This document shows positions 47,623 to 60,654 of a DNA stretch of 64,000 nt, one piece after another. The DNA is from Octopus bimaculoides. Taxonomy: Eukaryota. The stretch covers positions 6,328,791-6,392,790 of the forward strand of contig NC_068996.1 in NCBI RefSeq assembly GCF_001194135.2, written 5' to 3'. How positions within the stretch are numbered: position 1 is the first letter of the stretch; each line of letters starts with the position of its first letter. A model generated the notes under the pieces. The model worked only from the letters and a program-made list of their open reading frames with translations, did no database searches and was not told the origin of the DNA. The position numbers and the translations under genes were made by a program.

Positions 47623-48807
47623 GAGGATGGGGCAGAGAGGACAGATGTTTTTGTAATGACTATTACTCAGCCCCAAGGTGTCTTAGCATGTTTGTTTTTC
47701 TTTTCAGATGAAGCCATGGACGATACAGCAGCGCATGTTTGCCTACGACAGTGACATGAAGAATAACAAGTCTGTCACAGCAGTTCAGCGTGAGTTTTTG
47801 GCACCACTTCAACATTCACCAAAATCAGGCTGTTCCCACCTGTAACATAATCTTATGTTGGGTGAATGCACTTTGTACATGAGGTACACAAATGAATAGG
47901 AAACTGGTGCGGGTGCTATAAGCTGTACGGACTCTGGAAAATGTGGAACATGTCAGACAAACTTTGATACGGAGTCCAAATCACTCTGCTCAAAGGCATT
48001 CCACTGAACTTGGCATTGGTAATCGATCAGTAAGGCGTTTTTTGCATGAAGACTTGCATTTCCACCTGTACAAATTGATCATTGGGCAACAGTTGAAACC
48101 ATGGGACTATGCACAGTGGCTTAACTTCGCACATCAGATGGAAGCAATTTTTGAAGCATTGTGAATCAAAAGAGCTTTTGTTACTGGGTTCTTGAAAATC
48201 TGAGAGAACTGCACAAAAGACCACGGCACAGCCCCAAAATGATGGTCTGGTGTGATGTTGGAAAAACTGCCGTCATTGGTCCTTACTTTTTTGAACTCTG
48301 AGTTATTATATCAAGATGATAAACAACTTCTTTGTGCCTGAATTATGACGAAAATGCATGCCTTTTCGACATGTGTGGTTTTAGCAGGGTGGAGTGACAA
48401 CCCACACAGCCAGATCATCATTAATAGACGTCTTTACCCTCTTTTCAGTGACTGCCTCATTTCCAAGTTTACTGACATTCCTTGGCCCCCTGATTTGTCC
48501 AGGTGTGATTATTTCTTGTGGGGAAACCTCAAGCCCCATACAGTGGACGATTTGAAGGAAGCTATTAGCGTGGAAGTCACCTAAATTGACAGAGCAATGC
48601 TGGAGAGAGTGGAGGCCAACTTCCAAGAACGCCTTCAGAAATGCATCAATGAAAACGGACAGCACATGATGCATGTTGTTTTCCACACTTGATTTTGACA
48701 AATGCTAATTCAGTACAAACACATTGATGTCAATAAAATTTGTTTGCAGCTAAAATTAATGATTTTGTGAATTTTTCAAAAACGTCTGTCCTCTCTGCCC
48801 CACCCTG
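47623..48807 (+). mobile_element. defective Tc1/mariner element of DD41D (rosa)-like type
   Basis: TIRs ...GGGGCAGAGAGGACAGATGTTTTTG / CAAAAACGTCTGTCCTCTCTGCCCCACCCTG|TA. Remnants RSPNHSAQRHSTELGIGNRSVRRFLHEDLHFHLYK, HSPKMMVWC...IGPYFFE, WF*QGGVTTHTAR and WPPDLSRCDYFLWGNLK. Confidence 0.85.
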
Positions 48808-49076
48808 TATATATNNNNNNNNNNNNNNNNNNNNNNNNNNNNNNNNNNNNNNNNNNNNNNNNNNNNNNNNNNNNNNNNNNNNNNNNNNNNNNNNNNNNNN
48901 NNNNNNNNNNNNNNNNNNNNNNNNNNNNNNNNNNNNNNNNNNNNNNNNNNNNNNNNNNNNNNNNNNNNNNNNNNNNNNNNNNNNNNNNNNNNNNNNNNNN
49001 NNNNNNNNNNNNNNNNNNNNNNNNNNNNNNNNNNNNNNNNNNNNNNNNNNNNNNNNNNNNNNNNNNNNNNNNNNNN

Positions 49077-49107
<31 letters not shown>

Positions 49108-49589
49108 CAAAATTCTGTCTGTCCCCTGTACCTCAGTCTACATTTGCTCTACCAAGACACATTATACCCTTTTTGGAATCAGGATGATCCCAGGATTAAA
49201 AACCTGCCTTTCATTCAGTTCTTGAACATCCAGCATTATGATCTGATTTAAAAGCATTTTGGTTGCTATTTCTAGCAGTTAAAGTGACAGAGAAAGGTTT
49301 CAGCGCCATAGTACAAGAGTTACTTCCCTTCGCTTTTAGTTTTATAAGTAATTTAGTTATTCTTTTTCAGTCATCACACTGTGGCTACACTGGGACGCTG
49401 CCTTGAAGAATTTTGTCAAACAAATTGACACCAGTTCTTTCTTTTTTATGACTGGTACTTTTTCTATTGATCACTTTTACTAAACCACTAAGTTACGTGA
49501 ACGTAAACACCAGTTATCAAGCGGCGGTGGAGGACAAACACAGACACAATACATACATACATGCATGCATACATGCATGCATACATGCA

Positions 49590-50490
49590 TACATACATAT
49601 GTCACAGCGCACGCTGCATGGCAGTGAAACATGGGCTGTAACAGCGGAGGACATGTGTAGGCTTGAAAGAAATGAAGCCAGTATGCTTTGCTGGATGTGC
49701 AATATCAGTGTGCATGTTCAATAGATGGTAAGCATCTTGAGAGAAAAGTTAGGCATAAGAGGCATCAGATGTGGTGTGCAAGAGAGATGACTGCACTGGA
49801 ATAGTCATGTGATGCGTATGGACGAGGACAGCTGTGTGAAGAAGTGCCGATCTCTAACAGTGGAGGGAATCTGTGGTAGAGGTAGACCCAGGAAGACATG
49901 GGACAAAGTGGTGAAGCATGATCTTTGAACTTTGAGTCTCACAGAGGCAACGACTAGTGACCAAGACCTTTGGTGATGTGTTGTGCTTGAGGACCCATTA
50001 AGCCAAGTGAAATCATAGTCATGATAACTGGTACCTGTGCTAGTGGCACGTAAAGAACACCTGTTGAGTGTTGGGTCTCATGGAGGCAAAGTGGTTGAGT
50101 TCTTTTAGAGTGTTGGGCCTCATGGAGGCAAAGTGGCTGAGTTCCTTTCAAGTGATGGGCCTCACATAGGCAATGAGCGAGACCTTTTGGCATTATGTTG
50201 TGCTTGAGAAGAAGATCCATCAAGCTGAGCAAAATTGCAGTTGTGGCAGATATCAGTGTCACGCGAATTGGCACCTGTGCTGGTGGCACATAAAAGCATC
50301 TATTACACTCTCGGAGTGGTTGGCATTAGGAAGGGCACCCAGCCATAGAAAACCATGCCAAATCAGACTGGNNNNNNNNNNAGGGCACCCAGCCATAGAA
50401 AACCATGCCAAATCAGACTGGAGTCTGGTGCAGCCTGGTCAAACTGTCCAACCCATGCCAGTATGGACAACAGATGTTAAATGATGATCT
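49590..50490 (+). mobile_element. 5'-truncated RTE-clade LINE, same family as 15108-16350
   Basis: TLHGSETWAVTAEDMCRLERNEASMLCWMCNISVHV...GRGRPRKTWDKVVKHD, the same 42-bp 3' UTR repeats and tail. Lies in the microsatellite of an S2 SINE (49355-49545). Confidence 0.88.
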
Positions 50491-52139
50491 GCAAGTATGT
50501 ACGTATATATCATCTATTCAAATTTTAAAAGAACTCCAAAAATTTGTGAACTTAAAAGATTTTCATTTAAACTGAATTTAAAGTAATACCATATTGGTAC
50601 GGTACCGATAAATGCTTTATTATCATCACTGTCCTTAGTTTTGGTCTGCAGGCCCAATTACCCCCCCCCCCCNNNNNNNNNNNNNNNNNNNNNNNNNNNN
50701 NNNNNNNGGAGCGAGTTTAAATGTCTGCAAGAAGTGCAGCTTTTAAGTTAGTATAAAATAAAAACAGACAAATGAGTCATCTGATATTGCTACAATTGTA
50801 TTGTTATGAGTCTTTATTGCGACATAAACACAGTATAGTGAGGTATGCAGTATGCACAACATCCATAAAATCACATAATGTTATGCAACTCTCAACTCAT
50901 CTGGCGAACATGCAAGCAGTGACATGTTGATTAATCAACAGATCATGACAGGCTTCTTTTTCAGTTGTTTCCATCAACCAAACTGATCCATAACTTGCCC
51001 TAAGTGCCACACAGTGGAACTAAACCTAGAACCAAAACAGCCATGCTTGCAACTATGCTACACTTGTAATTAAAAGTTTAAACTGAAAGGTTAAAGTGAA
51101 ATTTTTATCTCTAGTGGCTTCAGTTGGATAAGGCAGACAAAATGAGAACCAAAGGTTGTGAGGAGAGACTGAGTAATGAATATGTGTGAAATTGAGACTA
51201 CTGGACACTTCATGATTAGAAATTGAAACTTTTACTACAGCCAGTGTTCTATAAGTGAGTAAGGTACATAACTATGCATACCTTGGTTGGAAATTTAACT
51301 GACAAAACAGACTCCTTTCTTATTTTACATCAGAATAAGCAAAACAGCTGTAAAAACAATTACTCTAACAACACAAACAACAGCAAAAAGCAGTAAAAAG
51401 ATTCCTATCCCACCCATGGTAGAATGGAAAATTGGATATTTTCTTTAGAAAAAAATAAATGTAATGAAATAAGGTACAATAAAATAAATCTTCCTACCTA
51501 AATATAATACCTTTCAGAAAATTTTTCCTTTTCACTCTAATGAAAAATATTTAGGGATCTCATTTAATATACAATCCAATTTCTTATGGCATAAGCTTGA
51601 ATACCAAGTCTACCAGATCAAAACTGGTTTAAGAGATTGGCTTAGAGGTGGGAGGGGGGGCAGCATAAGGCGAGCATAATTAACATCAACAACTAAATTG
51701 ACTGAGATAAAAACACAATATTTGACTTGCCCCATAGAATTAATTTCATTCTTAATTACTAATTTTGAACGAATTTACTTCCAAGTTCAGCTTTCACATA
51801 TGCAATAATAAAATAATGCTACCACAAAACATGAGAAAACCCTTTATATTAGAGGTCAGAAACCTTATAAACACATCTTGTGCCTAAATCCTCAATTTTA
51901 CAAATTGATACATGCACAACTTCTATTAAATCGCAGAAGTTTCAAATTTGAATCAGGGCAAAATTTTACCTGAGACAGGGTGGGTTTCCTATCACTGTTC
52001 TATGTGGTTGCTTCACTTGTTAGAAATAGTAGTCATATCCACCCCCATGTGACACCCTATCATCTTAAAAAATATTAGGACACATTACAGCTTCTTGGTC
52101 AGTTTTGTGAAATGGAACCCTGAAAATATGCAAAGATAT

Positions 52140-52590
52140 TTCCCTCTCCCTCTAGCTGGGTAACCATGTACTTCCTCTATAGCAAGATACCTATTTCTGC
52201 CTTTGTCTCTGTTACACTCTAACCTTTAATTATCTGACACAAGATTCCCTCTCAAAGATTCTTTGTCTTACAAGTTACTTGTTGACCCTGCCAGTGCTGG
52301 TACCACGTAAAAAGCATCCAGTCCAAACTGCAAAGAGGTTGGCATTTGGAAAGGCATCCAGCTGTAAAAAACATGCCAAAACTGACCTTGCCTGTGCTGG
52401 TGCCATGTAAAAAGCACTCAGTCCACTCTCTCTGTAAAGTGGTTGGTGTTAAGAAGGGCATCAAGTTGTAAAAACCCTGCCATAACAGACACAGAAGTCT
52501 GGTGCAGGCTCCTGCCTGGCCAGCTCCTGTCAAACCATCCAACCCATGCCAGCATGGGAGGAGGACATTAAATGATGATGATGATGATGA
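52140..52590 (+). mobile_element. older RTE-tail retroposon, paralogue of 36000-36450
   Basis: Shared upstream segment and a tail ending CAACCCATGCCAGCATGG...ATTAAATGATGATGATGA. Confidence 0.6.
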
Positions 52591-52958
52591 TGATCTCATT
52601 CAAAGAGGGCCTGTAAAGGCCACAAACACTGATGCTTCTCCTCTAAAAAGCTAACAAAAACAGAAATTTAAATTTTGAGAAAATAATAACAATAAGCCAT
52701 CAGGCTTCTTGACTTGAATCTAACTTGATCCCAGGTCCTTTTCAGTTGAAACAGATCTACTTGGGATGTTTATCTAGTAATGTTGAATTATTTGATTTGC
52801 TGTGTTTATAATTTTAGAAGTTAGCATTACAGTTTACATCTTGTGACAATTGTCAGAAAATGCAAAGTTTCAAACTAGCTCTGTTTTGACAAACTTCTCT
52901 TCATATAAATAAACACTGATCCAGCCATGTAAATACATACACACACACACATTTAAAG

Positions 52959-52989
<31 letters not shown>

Positions 52990-54373
52990 CAGAGATACAT
53001 GCACACACACACAGACACTCAAAAAGACAGACACTCCCAGACATGCACATGCTCTCACAAAGACACACACACACTCATAGAGACATAAATGCACTCGCAG
53101 AGACATACACACACTCACAGACATACACACATACTCACAGACATACACACATACTCACAGACATAAACAGACCCTCACACATTCTAAATAAAACAAAAAA
53201 AACTGCAAATAAACTATATTCTTGTATATCGCGTTTACCATCACAAGAAAGAGCCTCCACACAATTACATGAAACTGCTAGAAATAGCAGCCACACTTTT
53301 CTTGCACTATATATTAATGTCTTCTTTAAGAGAAAAGGGAAGGGCATATTGAATAATGTAATTTGAGGTTAACTATGTCTGAAAAGTATGGGATAGTCAT
53401 GGCTGGAATGCCTTTGACCATAAATATCAAATGTGAATACATAATGTAGTACCACTTGGTTTTTTTTAAAGAAAAGACTAACAATGATTAAATATGAATT
53501 ATTGTTTTGCTCATTTAAGATTCAAACATTGTGTGTACGTGTGTGTGTTAATAAAAAGATTGCATTTGTGAATGCTTATATAATGGCAATCAAATTCTCA
53601 CAGTCAATGAATAAGGGAAAAGCTTCATGAGGAGGAAGTAGAGGCCAGAATTTTGAGGTATAAAAATCAATTCAGCAACGGTGAGAATTTTAGTTTGGTG
53701 AGAAAGAAGCAGAAGACTACAATCAGCTGGGAATTAGCCAAGCTTGACTGCAGAAAAGGAGTAGATAGCAACATTTTACTGTGAACCCAAAGAAAATTAT
53801 GTACACAAAAGGTTCAGGTTAATAAGAAGAATTTCATACATAAAAAACGATGCACATGAGTAGATAATAGTGAGTTCACTAAAAGAAAAAAAATGAAGTT
53901 TCTCAATTTCCCAGGATTGCTGGAAGAAGATGATAATAGTTCCTGGTGTTGCAAAAGCATAGAATGCAGAGTAAAACTGGGCTAGAAAATGTTTATATAT
54001 ATATAGTTTTAGGGAAAATAACCAGGTTTCAAGAACTCATCGATGAAAATCCACTATTTTATCTATAAAGCTCAATTTAATTTTAATTTTTTATAAATTG
54101 ATTTTAATTGAGTTTTTACCTGTAATTTTGGATTTTGTCCCTAATATTATTATATATATATATATATATATATATCTTATCTTTTACTTGTTTCAGTTGT
54201 TTGACTGCGGCCATGCTAGTGCATCTTGAAGGGTTTTATTTGAACAAATCAACCCTAGGATTTGTTTGCTTAAAGCCTACTACTAATTCTATCAGTTTCA
54301 TTTGCCAAACTGCTAATGTTATAGGGATGTAAACACACCACCACCAGTCGTTAAGCAGTGGTGGGAGATGAAG

Positions 54374-54426
<53 letters not shown>

Positions 54427-54446
54427 CATACATTCATACATATATA

Positions 54447-55705
54447 CAGGGGTTGGACAAAATAACGGAAACCCCTAGCATTATAATATTGAAATATCTA
54501 TAAAACCGTCAAAAGCTTGTTTATTGATTTATTATTAGTGTTGCTTAATATGTTTTGCTAAAATTGCTGTTTCTTTTCAGATATCATCAGAAAAAGATAA
54601 TTAAAATTCAATAAAATGACAGATCTGTTGGACTTTCAAAAAGGTCAAATTGTTGGTGCTTGTATGGCAGGTGCTAGCGTAATGAAAACAGCTGAAATGT
54701 TTGGTGTATCAAGAAGTACTGTCTCGAGAGTAATGACAGCCTTTGAGAAAGAGGGAAAAAAACCCTCCTCATTGAAGCAAAACTCCGGAAGAAAGCCAAA
54801 ACTTTCAGATAGGGACCGTTGGATTCTTCTTACGCAAATTGTGAGAAAGGATCATAAAAGTACACCTCCCCAAATTACTGCAAAGCTTAATGACAACCTC
54901 GAGAACCCAGTTTCCACAAAAACTGTTCACCGGGAGCTGCACAAAGCCAGATTTCACAGGAGGGCTGCAATAAGAAAACCACTACTTTCAAAAACAAACG
55001 TTGCAAAACATCTAGAATGGAGTAAAAACCTACAGAATTGGTCCCTAGAGCAGTGGAAGAATGTTATTTTCTTGGATGAGTCATCCTTTACCTTATTTCT
55101 GATCACTGGCTGAGTATAAGTGTGGAGACAGCTAAAAGAAGCATTTGACCCAGACTGCCTTCTTCGAATTGTTAAACATGAAGGAGGATCTATGATGATC
55201 TGGGGTGAGGGCTATATCTTGGAAATCTGCCAGCCCAATGGTTTCCCTTCATGACAGAATTAATAGTCAATACTATTTAAGCATTTTATCTGATCAAATT
55301 CATCCTATGGTTGTGGAACTGTTTCTGGTGGGAAGCGCAGTCTTTTAGGATAATAATGCACCAATTCACATAGCTAAAGTTGTTACTGAATGGCACAAGA
55401 AACACTCTAGTGAAGTTGAACATCTTATCTGGCCACCACAATTCCCAAATCTCAATATTATTGAACATTTATGGTGCATTTTAGAAAAACAAGGAGTTGA
55501 TATCCTCCACCATCATCACTACAAGAACTGGAGACTGTTTTAGCTGAAGAATGGACAAAAATTCCTTTGGAAACAATTCAAACTTTGTACGAGTCCATAC
55601 CTCATAGAATTCAAGCTGTAATTACTGCCAAAGACAGTCCTACCCCATATTAAAATAAATTTGTTGGAAATTTTAAGGTGTTAGCATTATTCTGTCCAAC
55701 CCCTG
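54447..55705 (+). mobile_element. full-length defective Tc1-family transposon (DD36E-like)
   Basis: TA|CAGGGGTTGGACAAAATAA...TTATTCTGTCCAACCCCTG|TA, 1259 bp. ORF from 54616 MTDLLDFQKGQIVGACMAGAS...VIFLDESSFTLF, then stops and frameshifts; C-terminus F*DNNAPIH...WPPQFPNLNIIEHLW...SPTPY*. Confidence 0.92.
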
Positions 55706-55738
<33 letters not shown>

Positions 55739-56039
55739 GACAGGCTTCTTTCAGTTTGTCTACCAAAATCCACTTACAAGGCTTTGGTTGGCCCAAAGCT
55801 ATAGTAGAAGACACTCACTCAAGGAAATGCAGTGGGACTGAACCTGTAATCATGCGGCTGGGAAGCAAGCTTCTTACCACACACCATGCCTGTGCCTATA
55901 TGTATTTAACCTATGTTGATAACAAAGAGTTTTTTCTCTCAGAGGTGTGCACATTTATCCAAAAGTGTAATAATATTGTGCATGAATATAAAAACAAGTG
56001 TACTGTGAGAAAAACTGGACATTGGCAGTCTCTGCTGTA

Positions 56040-56320
56040 GTGTGCAAGAGAAAATATTGTGATAGTAGTGACAGTATGTGGTGTTTATGAAGATTAGTAG
56101 ATGAGTGAAAAAGTGACAAATGAAGCATAAAGGAGCTTTGTGGAAGAGAATGGCATGAGTTTGGCAAAAGCTTGGGTAGAGATAATGAGGGCTGATCATC
56201 TCAGGATGTTAAGCTTCACAAAGGAGAAGACAAAGGACTTTGCAACTTGAGCAGAGATGTTGAAACTGAGCTTCTAAAAGCCAACATAGAAAAAGTAAAT
56301 AAAAAATGATGATGATGATA
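56040..56320 (+). pseudogene. very degenerate RTE LINE 3' end
   Basis: GTGTGCAAGAGA... and KAWVEIMRADHLRMLSFTKEKTKD align with the end of the RTE ORF in 49590-50490. Confidence 0.45.
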
Positions 56321-58316
56321 ATGTATTACATTTACACTGTGAAGGTTTGTGGCCTAGGAGTGGTTAGGGTTAGGGTTAGGGTGTTGCACTTATGATTGCA
56401 AGATTGTCATTTCGATTCCCACACTAGCAGTCATTGTATTCTTAAGCAAAACCACACTTGATTTCACTCTGGTCCAGAGTTAATGTTGGCCTGTCCACCT
56501 AGCCTAAGGGGTGGCACCATTTGAAAGTTACAACAATGTAAGGAAGCTCATTGTGACCAGCAGTGTACAACAACAACCGAGTTTGGTTGATACGGAGATA
56601 TTTATACCATGCTGCAATCAGTTTGATCTTTCATCATTACAAGGTATCTTATTCTTGGATGCGTAGATAGTACCTGACCGAATTCAATGGTACAACTGTA
56701 AATATTGAGGAATAAGGCAAAGAGTAAACTGAATCAAAATTGTAATGAAGATAGACGTAAATATGAAAAAGATTTCTGCATCTCTAAAGAGGAAGTTAAT
56801 AGTCTGAAAAGTATTCATAATCTCATAAACAGCAACGTATCTCAGACAGACATTTAACATTATGTATACATACATCCACTACATCATTTTCTACAAATAA
56901 ATGATTAAGAGAAAATATATTGCTTCAAACAAAGAAAACATTACAAAAAAAAAATGTTGATAAATAAATATAACTGAAGAACATAAATCTTATGTTTTCT
57001 CCCTCACACAGACACTCGACCTTGAGACAGAAATAACAAGGAAATAAAAAGTAATCTGCATTATCAGCATTCTTTGTCTTTTATTTTAATTCCATTCATA
57101 CATACAATGCTTTAAAAGAATATTAAACAGATTCCAATACTTTATTGCATTATTTTATTGACACTAAAAGAATGAAAAGCAAAGCTGACCTTAGTAGAAT
57201 TTGAACTCAGAGTAAAAGGATGCAACTAAACACTGCAGGAATTTTGTCTGTTGTTGTAATGATTCTGCATGTTTTGTTATCATATTTCTGTTGAAATACA
57301 TTGCTATTGTTTCAACTGATTTAGAAAACAATGCAGAGTTTAGTAAAATAACTGTTTTTGTTTAGCTAGTGTCTAGAACAAATTAGCATGAAATTTTGAT
57401 GCAAGATTTTAATTCAGATCATTTTAAAACAATGTTTGTTTCATAGAACCATAAGCATTTCTGGGCAAGCTGGTACCAAAAGAGTTAAACAGTTATTAAA
57501 AATTAGTACTAAGGTAGTAAGTTAACAGAAATGACTCGGCACCAAATTAAATTCATCACAGTATTTAGTAAGAATCAACTTTCTTTCATTCCTTTCAATG
57601 ATTTATTAAATCAATTCTGGCAATTCTCGGTTAATTCAGTCTGCTATTCTATACAAACCAACAACTCTGCAACAATTAACCTGGTGTCAATCTAAGAAAT
57701 CAGCCTCAACTCAAAATAAATTAGTGCTGTCATTGTAAATTAGAGTCGTAATTGTAAATAGTGAAGGAAAAGAGCTGAAACTAAATTTACCATTAACATG
57801 AAATTAACCCACAATGTTAATTATAGTTAACATTCAATGTTGAGTGATAATGACTTGGAAACAATTTTAGTTCACAAATTTCTCACTTGTAATGGAAGTC
57901 TTAAATCACTGCCATTTATTTATAGTCCTGTTTCTGCAATTTTCGTATGTAATTTTTAGAAAGTAATGGGAATAAATATGATCACAAATGCTCGAAGTAG
58001 GTAGGGTGTCAGACAACACAATTTGTCAAGCAATTAAAGGTTCATGGACATGTCCTTTTTCTTTTATACAAGATTGGTCTAGAAGAAGCGGTTAAGCTCA
58101 TGACCTTTGCAAGCCTACCAATATCAAGGAAGCTGATGCTGTTACTGTTTCTCTTGAACACTTACACATCAATATGACTAAAGAATGAGTTCCAAACAGT
58201 CCGGGCATAGTGTTTAATGTGAGAGCAAGTGGTGGTGGGGGTGATTAGACTTAATGAAGGAGATGAATGAGAAGCTTTTCAAGTCTTTTTAATGTGAATA
58301 TCAATATACGTAAAGG

Positions 58317-58440
58317 AGGCTCCAATCTGAAACTCTGCCAAATCAGATTGGAGCCTGGTGTAGCCATCTGGTTCACCAGTCCTCAGTCAAATCATCCAAC
58401 CCACGCTAGCATGGAAAGCGGACATTAAATGATGATGACG
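58317..58440 (+). mobile_element. short S3 insertion with an inverted 14-bp 5' end
   Basis: AGGCTCCAATCTGA (58317-30) and TCAGATTGGAGCCT (58343-56), followed by the normal S3 tail. Confidence 0.8.
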
Positions 58441-58608
58441 ATTATAAAAAAGGTGCTTTAGCTTATACTTAACATTAAAATACATGCAAAAAATCATATC
58501 TATGTTGAAACACTGAAGTCAGAAAAATTAGCTCTAATTTTTAAAAAGCAATATAACTGAATCTTTACAGAGTTTCCTAAGAATATGGGGATAATAATTT
58601 TTCACCTG

Positions 58609-58948
58609 TATAAAGACCCCCTTCAGTCATGAATGACCATAGGATTGCACTTAGTAAGTTCCCCTCTGAAGTATAAGCCTGGATGAAGTTGTTTATGGAA
58701 GACCAGCAGTCGGCCATGCATACCAGCCTCCCCTCTCCACGCCACTGATGTTATCCAAGAGAAAGGCAAAGGGGCCGATACAGCTCGGCACCAGTGACGT
58801 TGCAACTCATTTCTACGGCTGAGTGAACTGGAGTAAACGTGAAATAAAGTGTCTTGCTCAAGAACATAACACACAGCCTGGTCAAGGAATTGAACTCACA
58901 ACCTCATAATTGTGAGCTTGACACTAAGTACTGAGCCATGCACCTCCA
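58609..58948 (-). mobile_element. tRNA-headed SINE family S6
   Basis: Homologous to 2088-2386. Confidence 0.75.
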
Positions 58949-60384
58949 CTATCACCTGTGTGGAAAAAGGCAAATAGCAATCACATAACCCTGTCATCAG
59001 AATGGTCTATAGTTACAGTGGCACATATTCAAAATGCTTCTCTCCAATTATGATAATTTTGGATGGCTTTGCCTCATATATAGAGCATTATGCATCAAAT
59101 ATAAATAACAGCATCGCAGTAAAAGGATCTATGATGCTTATTAGGTGTGAGAAAATTTGAATGTCAGCCAATTCCAACTTCATTAATTATATCTCAGCCC
59201 AATTATATATTAAGAAATTATTTATAAAAATATAAGGATAATTGTCTTCAAATATAAGAGAGTGCACAACCAGACAAAAACATCCAGGTGCTTTATGTGT
59301 GTGTGTGTGTGAAAAATATATGTAAAACTACATTCATACACATACATACACCTTGTTATAGAAAAATGAAAACCTAGCAGAACAATATGGATAATATTTA
59401 CATCACTTCATTCAGTGTGTATGCCTAGGTAATACATTGTGGAATGACTGGTGCACTTTTTGCTGTACAACAGCTACACCAACTCAGCAGGAGTAATTTT
59501 ATTCTAAAAGTCTTTCTATGACACACACACACAAACATGTGCACATGCGACACATATAATCATTGCCTGCTTTCCATGCTGGCATTGGTTGGTTGGCTGG
59601 GAACTGCTGTGTGCTTGGAAAAAGTTTCCAAACCACACCTGTTTCCAAGTCAGTAACATTCCCCATAGATCACTGAAGAACAAATAGTTCAATATTTGGA
59701 CATATTTCTGCAGAATACTGCAAGCAAATGAGAGGTGACTTCGTTTACAATCAGGCAAATATATAGACGAGCAAGATGCACAAATGTACACACACACGAG
59801 AGGCTTCTTGCAGTTTCTGTTTCTGAAAGGTACTCACAAAGAATTAGTAGCTTTAGGGCTATAAACATTTACCCAAAGTACCACACTGAAACTGAACCAC
59901 CAACCATATAGTTGAAGTGGTGAAGCTGATCTTAGAAGACTATCCCTCATGTAGATGGTATCAAAGGATAATAACAAGACATACCAGGTTGGAAAAGAGC
60001 TATCCAACCCATGCATGTATGAGAAAAAAAATGTTTGTAAAATGACAATTACGATGATATATAACAAAATATAATCTTGTAGTTTCTTATTCTGTGATAT
60101 TTCAGAAATAACTGGAAATGCTTACACCAAATAGTAATCTAAGACACAGATAGAAACATCAAAGAACTATTTTTTTCCTTCAAATTTGTTATTTGATACT
60201 GTTCATTTCTGAGAAGAAAAAAAAAAAAAAATCCTGGCAACATGAAAGTTGCAACAATGTGTAACTGTAAGTGTTGCACAGATTGTGCATCAAAAAGTGA
60301 ACTTATAACTGAAGGCTAGACATAAAGCAATCGATCACTGATGCATTGGCAATGTTTACTTTTAAATGCACTTATGTACTACAA

Positions 60385-60654
60385 CAGCAGTTTCCAACCT
60401 TTTTTTTTTGCACCACAAACCAATTTCATGTAAGACAATTTTTCCACAGACTGGGAAATCACATGCATCACAAAACACAATAAAGTGCATTATATATAAT
60501 ACATATATTACACATATAATGCAAAGACACCCTGTAGACTACAACAGTCAATAAAATAGAAATGAAATTTAAAACTATATCCTTTCCAGGTGACTCGGTA
60601 CCAAATGATCCACAGTCCAGTACTGGTCTGTAGCCCAATGGTTGGGGACCCTTG
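60385..60654. mobile_element. hAT-like MITE
   Basis: Ends CAGCAGTTTCCAACC / GGTTGGGGACCCTTG; flanks TACTACAA / TAATACAG (6 of 8 match). Confidence 0.55.

Noticed and set aside
56364-56381. (TTAGGG)3 interstitial telomere-like repeat
   Set aside because: It lies inside a SINE head (GTGGTTAGGGTG) and is explained by slippage of a 6-mer.
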